14,429 bases of DNA from contig JBKJJJ010000045.1 of assembly GCA_046598045.1 (NCBI GenBank), positions 1 to 14,429 of the forward strand, given 5' to 3'. Each line of letters opens with the position of its first letter. Position 1 is the first letter of the stretch. The translations under genes and the position numbers were made by a program. Below, in pieces: positions 1-6,089 of the stretch. The notes beneath the pieces are model-generated. The model did not search any database, was not told the origin of the DNA, and saw nothing but the letters and a program-made list of their open reading frames with translations. The stretch is from Candidatus Eiseniibacteriota bacterium. GTDB lineage: Bacteria > Eisenbacteria > RBG-16-71-46 > DASYSL01.

Positions 1-1026
1 GGGCATCGCGGCCGTGATCGCGACCACGCGCGGGTCGCGCGCCGCCTCGTCGATCACCGACTGGGCGAACACCTGGGTGTAGGTCGCGCTGGTCGAGGTC
101 TCGGTCGAACCCGTCACTTTGTCGAACTTTCCGAGGCCGTGGAACTTGCAGGCGTCCTGCTCGGCGGGTGGGTAGCCCTTGCCCTTGACCGTGCGCAGGT
201 GGAGGAAGACGGGGCCCTTGATCTCCTTGAGCTCACCCAGCAGCTTGACCAATTCCTTGACGTCATGGCCGTCGACGGGACCGAAGTACTTGAAGCCCAG
301 CTCCTCGAAGAAGAGGTTCGGGACCACCAGCGTCTTGAGGCCCTCCTTGAGTCGCTTCGCCGCCTTGCGCGCCTTGCCGCCGACCACGGGCACCTGGCCG
401 AGCAGGTCCCAGACGTCGGCCTCGACCTGGCGGTAGACCGGCGCCGAGGTGATGCGCGTCAGGTAGCGCGAGATCCCGCCGACGTTGGGCGAGATCGAGA
501 AGTCGTTGTCGTTGAGGATGACCAGCAGGTTCTTCTTGAGGTCGCCGGCATTGTTCAGGCCCTCGTAGGCGAGGCCGCCGGTGAGCGCGCCGTCGCCGAT
601 CACCGCCACCACCTTGTAGGTGTCGCCCACCAGGTCGCGCGCAGCGGCCATGCCGAGCGCGGCCGAGATCGAGGTCGAGCCGTGCGCGGTGCCGAATGCG
701 TCGAACGGGCTCTCGTCGCGGCGCGGGAAGCCGGAGATCCCGCCGAGCTGGCGCAACGTGCCGAAGCGGTCGCGGCGGCCGGTGAGGATCTTGTGCCCGT
801 ACGCCTGGTGGCCCACGTCCCACACGATGCGGTCGGTCGGCGTGTCGAGCACGTAGTGGAGCGCGAGCGTGAGTTCGACCACGCCGAGCGACGGGGCGAG
901 GTGGCCGCCGGTCTTCGAGACGGTCTCGACCAGCAGCTCGCGCAGGTCGCGCGCGACGCCGGGCAGCGCGTCGAGCGGGAGCTTCCGGAGGTCGGCCGGG
1001 GACTGGATCCTGTCGAGGGAACTCAT
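1..1026 (-). CDS. dxs: 1-deoxy-D-xylulose-5-phosphate synthase, N-terminal part (runs off the window edge)
   Basis: Absent from the ORF track because the stop is outside the window. Manual translation from ATG at 1026 gives MSSLDRIQSPADLRKL...GGHLAPSLGVVELTLALHYVLDTPTDRIVWDVGHQAYGHKILTGRR...GHGSTSISAALG...VIGDGALTGGLAYEGLNNAG...LNDN, containing the DXS signature and the TPP-binding GDG...N motif. Confidence 0.97.
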   Translation of the reverse strand, partial: MSSLDRIQSPADLRKLPLDALPGVARDLRELLVETVSKTGGHLAPSLGVVELTLALHYVLDTPTDRIVWDVGHQAYGHKILTGRRDRFGTLRQLGGISGFPRRDESPFDAFGTAHGSTSISAALGMAAARDLVGDTYKVVAVIGDGALTGGLAYEGLNNAGDLKKNLLVILNDNDFSISPNVGGISRYLTRITSAPVYRQVEADVWDLLGQVPVVGGKARKAAKRLKEGLKTLVVPNLFFEELGFKYFGPVDGHDVKELVKLLGELKEIKGPVFLHLRTVKGKGYPPAEQDACKFHGLGKFDKVTGSTETSTSATYTQVFAQSVIDEAARDPRVVAITAAMP

Positions 1027-1058
1027 GGCGTGACGGCTGCGCCTCCCGGAGGGCTGGC

Positions 1059-1481
1059 CTAAAAGACCTTGTTCCAGGCGAGGGCCGCGCCCACGCCCAG
1101 CAATGCGCCGATGAAGACTTCCAGCGGCGTGTGCCCCAGCAGCTCGAACAGCTTGCGCTCGTTCTGCGCCTGGTCGCCCTGCGCGGCCACGATCCGGTTG
1201 AGCAGGCGCGCCTGTTGTCCGGCGGCGCGACGCAGTCCGGCGGCATCGTACATCACGATCAGGCTGAAGAAGAGGGTCACCCCGAACAAGGGACTCCGCA
1301 CGCCCTCGGTGAGGGCCACCGAGGTCGTCAAGGCTGCGACCGACGCGGCGTGCGAGCTGGGCATGCCCCCGGTCTCGACGAACCGCCGGAAGTTCGGCCG
1401 GCCGGCACGGACCCACGCGAGCAGCCCCTTGTAGAACTGGATCGCGATGGCGGTGAGCGCGGCGATCTCGAATGCCTTCAA
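1059..1481 (-). CDS. Divergent PAP2 family / DUF212 (YuiD-like) membrane protein
   Basis: Motifs GGMPSSH, VMYDAAGLRRAAGQQA and LGHTPLEV, with hydrophobic segments. TTG start preceded by GGAGA. Typical neighbour of ispA/dxs. Confidence 0.92.
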   Translation of the reverse strand: MKAFEIAALTAIAIQFYKGLLAWVRAGRPNFRRFVETGGMPSSHAASVAALTTSVALTEGVRSPLFGVTLFFSLIVMYDAAGLRRAAGQQARLLNRIVAAQGDQAQNERKLFELLGHTPLEVFIGALLGVGAALAWNKVF

Positions 1482-1511
1482 CGGGTCTCCGGGATCCGTT
1501 CAACGAGCACG

Positions 1512-2456
1512 TCAAGCACGGCGGACGGCCAGGAACGTGGCGAGCGTAGCAAAGCGGGCGTGGGCGAGGGGAAAAACTTCGGCCCGCCGAACCGCCCGTG
1601 CGGACAGCGTTGCGAGCGCGCGGGCTGCGGCTTTCGTGCCCGTGGCGCGGGGCATCGTGGCCTTGCCCCGGGCACGATCGGTGCCCGCGTTCTTGCCGAG
1701 GGTGGCGGCGTCCCCGGTTTCGTTCAACAGGTCGTCCGCCACCTGGAACGCCAGCCCGAGGTCCAGGCCCACGTCCTCGAGCGCGGCGAGCTGGCGGGCG
1801 TCCCCCCCGCCGAGGCAACCGCCGATCACGAGTGCGGCGGCGATCAGGGCGCCGGTCTTCCGGAGGTGGATCGCCTCGACGCCCTTCCTGGTCCGGCCGG
1901 CCCGCGCGAGCACGGCTCCCCATCGCGCCTCGGCCGCGAGATCGAGCATCTGCCCCTGGATCATGCCGCTGGTGGCGCGCGCGAGCTCGTGCACCGCGAG
2001 CGCGCCGCGGCGGGCGTCCGCACCCGCGAATGCGGCGGCGGCGAGCTCCTCGAACGCGAGCGCGAGCAACGCGTCGCCCGCGAGGATCGCGGTCGCCTCG
2101 TCGAAGTTCTTGTGGAGCGTCGGGCGCCCGCGGCGCAGGTCGTCGTCGTCGAGCGCGGGCAGGTCGTCGTGGACGAGCGAGAACGCGTGCACCAGTTCGA
2201 GTGCGGCCGCGGCGGGCAACACGCCCCGGCGCGCGCGCTTCGCGCCGCCCACGGCGTCGAAGCCGAGCAGCACGAGCAGCGGGCGCAGGCGCTTGCCCGG
2301 CGCGAGCGCGGCGTAGCGGATCGCGTCGGCGAGGCGCCTGGGCGCATCGGGCAGCTTCGCGAGCCGCGCCGCGAGGTAGGCCTCGACCGCGCGGCGGTCG
2401 CGCTCGAACGGGGCGGGCAGCGGCGCCCGTCGCGGCCTACGCGTCCGCGTCGGCAT
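1512..2456 (-). CDS. ispA: Short-chain polyprenyl diphosphate (farnesyl/geranylgeranyl-PP) synthase
   Basis: GKRLRP, first Asp-rich motif HAFSLVHDDLPALDDDDLRRG, GQMLD, KTGAL, second motif FQVADDLLN. Start is uncertain: ATG at 2456 is preferred over the track start at 2552, which lies deep inside xseB. Confidence 0.92.
   Translation of the reverse strand: MPTRTRRPRRAPLPAPFERDRRAVEAYLAARLAKLPDAPRRLADAIRYAALAPGKRLRPLLVLLGFDAVGGAKRARRGVLPAAAALELVHAFSLVHDDLPALDDDDLRRGRPTLHKNFDEATAILAGDALLALAFEELAAAAFAGADARRGALAVHELARATSGMIQGQMLDLAAEARWGAVLARAGRTRKGVEAIHLRKTGALIAAALVIGGCLGGGDARQLAALEDVGLDLGLAFQVADDLLNETGDAATLGKNAGTDRARGKATMPRATGTKAAARALATLSARAVRRAEVFPLAHARFATLATFLAVRRA
1543..1551 (-). promoter_or_regulatory. 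Possible extended -10 promoter inside the 3' end of ispA, reading into DUF212-dxs
   Basis: Minus strand TGc-TACGCT within a locally AT-richer stretch (GAAGTTTTT...TTTGCTACGCT), about 60 nt before the DUF212 start. No good -35. Confidence 0.35.
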
Positions 2457-2754
2457 CGGGCTCGTCTTCGTCCTCGTCCCCCGCCCATGGCCGCGTGGCC
2501 GGGCCGCCGGCGTTCTCGACCAGTTCCTCGACGCGCTTCTGCGCGCGCCCAAGCTCGCTCTCGAGGAAGCGCGTCAGCGTCACGCCCTCCTCGAAGCGCG
2601 TGATCGAGGCCTCGAGCGCGAGCTTGCCGTCCTCGAGTTCGTCGACGATCGATTCCAGCCGCGCCAGCGCCTTCTCGAACGTGTAGGGCTTGCCCTGCGC
2701 GTCGAGCGGGATGACGGCCTCCGCAAAGGGCTCCGACTTCTTTCCTCGCGCCAT
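2437..2754 (-). CDS. xseB: Exodeoxyribonuclease VII small subunit
   Basis: C-terminal part of track ORF 2437..4101: TFEKALARLESIVDELEDGKLALEASITRFEEGVTL...AQKRVEEL. GGAGG lies 7 nt before ATG 2754; an alternative ATG at 2760 overlaps the xseA stop. Acidic C-terminal tail. Confidence 0.95.
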   Translation of the reverse strand: MARGKKSEPFAEAVIPLDAQGKPYTFEKALARLESIVDELEDGKLALEASITRFEEGVTLTRFLESELGRAQKRVEELVENAGGPATRPWAGDEDEDEPDADADA

Positions 2755-2756
2755 GA

Positions 2757-4178
2757 TCATTCCTCCCCGGGCGTGCCGCGCGTGATGGTCGTGACGCGCG
2801 CGCCGGCGCGTCCTTCCGCGAATTCCACCTGCATGGCGCCGCCGATCGAAAGCTGCATCGACGCGCGCACCACCGTGCCGTCCTCGAGCGTCACCAGGCT
2901 GTAGCCGCGCGCAAGCACGGCTCGCGGCGAGAGCGCGAGCAGCCGCGCCCGCCCCGCCGCGAGGCGCTGCGCGCGCGTCGCCAGGAGTCCCTGGCGCGCG
3001 AACTGGAGCCGCTGCGCAAGCCGGGCCTCGGCGCGCGATGCCTCGCGCACGCGGTCGAGCAGGCGGCGGGGGTGGGCGCGCGAGACCAGGAGCTGAACCA
3101 GGGCGCGCGCGGCACGCAGGCGCTCGCCGAGCGCGCGGGTGAGCCGCAGGCGCTTCTCGTCCACGCCCTGGGCGAAGGTCGCGATCAGGTCCTGCGGGCG
3201 GCGGAAGCCGTAGGTCCGGCGCAGCAACTGCAAGCGGCCGCGGCCCTCCTCCAGCCGGGCAAGGGCCGCGTCGGTCGCCCGGCCCAGCAGGCCTTTCACG
3301 TCGGCGCGGACGCTCGCGCGGTCGGGCGTGGTGACCAGCTCGGCCGCGGCCGAGGGCGTGGCGGCGCGCACGTCGGCGGCGAAGTCCGCCAGCGTGGTGT
3401 CGCTCTCGTGGCCGACCGCCGAGACCACCGGGATGCCCGAGGCCGCGATCGCGCGCACGACCGCCTCCTCGTTGAACGCCCACAGGTCCTCGAGCGAGCC
3501 CCCGCCGCGCCCGACGATCAACACATCCAGCCCGCCGAGCGCGTTCAGGCGCTCGATCGCGCGCGCGATCGCGGCCGCGGCGCCGTCGCCCTGGACGAGG
3601 ACCGGCGCAAGCACGATGCGGAGCCCCGGCCAGCGCCGCCGCAGCACGTGCAGCAGGTCGCGGATCGCCGCGCCCGTCGGCGAGGTCACGAGGCCGATCG
3701 CGCGCGGGTAGGCCGGCAGCGCGCGCTTGCGCTCGCTGTCGAACAGGCCCTCGGCGGCGAGATTCTTCCTCAGCGCCTCGAACGCGAGCAGGAGCGCTCC
3801 GATACCGGCGGGCCTGAGCTCGAGCACGCGCAGCTGGAAGGAGCCCCGCGGCGCGTAGAGGTCGAACACGCCGCGCGCCTCGACCTCCATGCCGTCCCTC
3901 GGCACGAAGCGCAGCGCGCGGTTCTGGAACTTGAAGAACACGCACGACAGGTTGGCGTCCTCGTCCGCGTCCTTGAGGGTGAAGTACATGTGCCCCGAAG
4001 TGTGGAGCTTGAAGCTCGAGACCTCGCCCTTGATCCAGACCTCGGGGTACTCGCGGGCGAGCGCGTCCTTGACGTCCTTGAGGATCGCCCCCACCGACCA
4101 CACGCGCGGGCCGGCGGGCGGCGCCTCGTCGTCGCCGGTCTGCTGCGGCGGATCGGGCGGCGGGTCGAACAGGCTCAC
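2757..4178 (-). CDS. xseA: Exodeoxyribonuclease VII large subunit
   Basis: OB-fold VWIKGEVSS...SGHMYFTLKD, plus GRGGGSLEDLWAFNEE, SAVGHESD and RAATPSAAAE. GTG start overlaps the folD stop (GTGA). Confidence 0.97.
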   Translation of the reverse strand: MSLFDPPPDPPQQTGDDEAPPAGPRVWSVGAILKDVKDALAREYPEVWIKGEVSSFKLHTSGHMYFTLKDADEDANLSCVFFKFQNRALRFVPRDGMEVEARGVFDLYAPRGSFQLRVLELRPAGIGALLLAFEALRKNLAAEGLFDSERKRALPAYPRAIGLVTSPTGAAIRDLLHVLRRRWPGLRIVLAPVLVQGDGAAAAIARAIERLNALGGLDVLIVGRGGGSLEDLWAFNEEAVVRAIAASGIPVVSAVGHESDTTLADFAADVRAATPSAAAELVTTPDRASVRADVKGLLGRATDAALARLEEGRGRLQLLRRTYGFRRPQDLIATFAQGVDEKRLRLTRALGERLRAARALVQLLVSRAHPRRLLDRVREASRAEARLAQRLQFARQGLLATRAQRLAAGRARLLALSPRAVLARGYSLVTLEDGTVVRASMQLSIGGAMQVEFAEGRAGARVTTITRGTPGEE

Positions 4179-5107
4179 GGGACGCGCACCCCGGCCGCGC
4201 GCGCCGCGGCCTCGGCGGCGTCGAGCGTGTTGGACATCAGGAAGGCCACGGTCAGGGGGCCGACGCCGCCGGGCACCGGGGAGAGCGCGCCGGCAACGCC
4301 GCTCACGGACGCCACGTCGACGTCGCCGACGAGCCGCATCCTGCCCGGTCGCGCCGCGTCGGGCACGCGGTGGATGCCGACGTCGATCACGGTCGCTCCG
4401 GGCTTGACGTGCGCGGCCGTGATCGCGCCGGGCACGCCGAGCGCGGCGACCAGCACATCGGCCTCGCGGCAGACCGCGGGCAGGTCAGGAGTGCGCGAGT
4501 GCGCGAGCGTGACCGTGGCGTCGACGCCCTTGCGCGAAAGCAGCAGCGCGAGCGGCGTGCCCACGATCGCGCTGCGGCCGACGATCACGACGCGCTTCCC
4601 CGCGAGTTCGACGCCGTGGTGATGGAGCAGCCCGTGGATGCCGCGTGGCGTGCACGCGACGAAGCCGGGCAGGCCGAGCGCGAGCCGGCCAAGGCTCTCG
4701 GGATGGAAACCGTCGACGTCCTTCGCGGCGGGGATTGCGAGTTGGAGGTCCTGCGCGGGCCAGCCGTCGGGCAGCGGCATCTGGAGCAGGACGCCGTGCA
4801 CGCCGCCCGCAGCGCGCAACTCCTCGAGCGTGGCGAACGCGGAGGCGTGGGCGGCGCCAGCCGCGAGGCGGATCGAGCGCACGACGATCCCGGCACGTTC
4901 GCCCTCGGCCTGCTTGCGGGCGAGGTATACGGCCGAGGCGGGATCGTCGCCGATCGAGACCAGCGCGAGCGTCGGGAGCACCCCGCATGCCCGCAATGCC
5001 GCGGCGCGGCGCGTGCCCTCGGCGAGCACCCGGGCGGCGAGCGGCGCTCCGGGGAGCAGCCGGACCAGCGGATCCGGGACGGGCGGCTCCGGGACGGGCG
5101 GGTCCAT
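4175..5107 (-). CDS. folD: Bifunctional methylenetetrahydrofolate dehydrogenase/cyclohydrolase
   Basis: YxxxK (YLARK), GVLLQMPLP, KDVDGFHP, CTPRG, GRSAIVG, IDVG and PVPGGVGPLT. ATG at 5107 has GGAG upstream; the track's extension to 5206 runs into non-coding RNA structures. Confidence 0.96.
   Translation of the reverse strand: MDPPVPEPPVPDPLVRLLPGAPLAARVLAEGTRRAAALRACGVLPTLALVSIGDDPASAVYLARKQAEGERAGIVVRSIRLAAGAAHASAFATLEELRAAGGVHGVLLQMPLPDGWPAQDLQLAIPAAKDVDGFHPESLGRLALGLPGFVACTPRGIHGLLHHHGVELAGKRVVIVGRSAIVGTPLALLLSRKGVDATVTLAHSRTPDLPAVCREADVLVAALGVPGAITAAHVKPGATVIDVGIHRVPDAARPGRMRLVGDVDVASVSGVAGALSPVPGGVGPLTVAFLMSNTLDAAEAAARAAGVRVP
5073..5101. repeat. Tandem duplication of TCCGGGACGGGCGG (14 nt, 15-nt period) in the folD 5' end
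   Basis: Identical copies at 5073-5086 and 5088-5101, within the region encoding MDPPVPEPPVPDP. Confidence 0.8.
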
Positions 5108-5130
5108 GGCGGGCTCCGTCGTGAGGGGCG

Positions 5131-5166
5131 GAAAACAGGACGGCCGGGTCTGGTCGGACCCGGCCG
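5131..5166 (-). terminator. Putative intrinsic terminator downstream of 6S RNA
   Basis: Perfect 10-bp stem CGGCCGGGTC-cgacca-GACCCGGCCG followed by TCCTGTTTTC (imperfect U-tract). Confidence 0.55.
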
Positions 5167-5195
5167 CGGCAAGCGGGAGGACCCGCTCGCACGAG

Positions 5196-5378
5196 GAAAG
5201 CGCCACCGAGTTGCCGTGGGATCGGAGGCTCTATGAGAACCTCTCGGTCAGAATGGGCACGCCGGTATTCGGGTCTGCTTCAGAGCCGAAGCTCCTGTCA
5301 CATCGCCGACGTTGGCGCTCCCAGGGTCATGCATTGGCTCAAGAGCGACGGATGCCCACGAGCACGGCAGCGGCTTTC
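5196..5378 (-). ncRNA. ssrS: 6S RNA
   Basis: Immediately downstream of zapA (the classic location), about 183 nt, with nested pairings GAAAGC/GCTTTC, TGCCGTG/CACGGCA, CTTGAGCC/GGTTC-TCA and TGGGAGCGCC/GGCGTGCCCA flanking an unpaired central bubble. Ends approximate. Confidence 0.85.
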
Positions 5379-5425
5379 GTCTGGGGGGACGGCTCCGAAG
5401 ACCCGTCTCCATGTCGTCTGCCGAC

Positions 5426-5434
5426 ATTGTAGCA
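5426..5434 (-). promoter_or_regulatory. Extended -10 promoter (TGcTACAAT) for 6S RNA
   Basis: Minus strand TTGCTACAAT between the zapA stop and the 6S RNA; 5/6 match to TATAAT plus the TGn extension. Confidence 0.65.
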
Positions 5435-5452
5435 AGTCGTTCGTGGGCGCGT

Positions 5453-5749
5453 CTACTCGACGCTCTCCAAAAGCGCCTCGAGCCGCTTCGAGCTCTTCGC
5501 GATGCGATCGAGCGCGCGCTCGTCGCGCACGTGGCCGTCGCGCTCCTTGAAGAGTTCGTCCGCCAGGTTGAGCGAGGTCAGCACCGCGACCTTCGCCACC
5601 GAGGCGACCGGCAGCTTCTCGTTGATCTCGCGCATCTTCTGGTCCACGTAACCGGCGACCCGCTTGATGTAGTCGGGATCCTCGGATCCCTTCTTGATCG
5701 TGTACGGGCTGCCGAAGATGTCGACCTGCACCACGCCCAATTCTTCCAT
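5453..5749 (-). CDS. zapA: Cell division protein ZapA
   Basis: MEELGVVQVDIFGSPYTIK...YIKRVAGYVDQKM...VAVLTSLNLADELF matches the ZapA pattern. GGAGG precedes ATG 5749; conserved position after pheT. Confidence 0.93.
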   Translation of the reverse strand: MEELGVVQVDIFGSPYTIKKGSEDPDYIKRVAGYVDQKMREINEKLPVASVAKVAVLTSLNLADELFKERDGHVRDERALDRIAKSSKRLEALLESVE

Positions 5750-5771
5750 GGTTCCTCCGGGCGCCGCCGCG

Positions 5772-6071
5772 CTAGGCTTCGAGCTTCTCGAGCTTCTTGA
5801 CCAGGTCATCGATCCGGTGCGCGATTTCCTTGCGCTCGGTCGTCCACAACTTCTCGATACCGCGCAGCTGGTCGAGTTCGGCCAGCACCTCGTCGAGCTT
5901 GCGGCCGCCGAGGGTCTTCTCCCCGGCGCCGAGCTTGGATTCGAGCTCGTGCACGCGGCCGGAGAGCTTCTGGTTCTCCGCCTTGAGGTGCGTGATCGCG
6001 TTCGCCGCACGCTCGATCTGCGCGGCCAGCGCGTCCAGGCCCTCGAGCTTCTGGGTCATCACCTCCGCCAT
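5772..6071 (-). CDS. Small coiled-coil protein, ZapB-like cell division factor
   Basis: 99 aa heptad-rich protein (LAAQIERAANAITHLKAENQKL...ERKEIAHRIDDLVKKLEKLE) between pheT and zapA. ZapB identity is inferred from pattern and synteny. Confidence 0.75.
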   Translation of the reverse strand: MAEVMTQKLEGLDALAAQIERAANAITHLKAENQKLSGRVHELESKLGAGEKTLGGRKLDEVLAELDQLRGIEKLWTTERKEIAHRIDDLVKKLEKLEA

Positions 6072-6089
6072 CGATCCGTCCTCTTTCGA

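Noticed and set aside
1720..1750. IspA second Asp-rich motif reads DDLLN instead of DDxxD
   Set aside because: DDxxN variants occur in other bacterial IspA proteins and all other motifs are intact, so this is not evidence of a pseudogene.
5108..5452. ZTP (pfl) or THF riboswitch upstream of folD
   Set aside because: I could not find their consensus motifs by eye. The long nested pairing and the position after zapA fit 6S RNA better.
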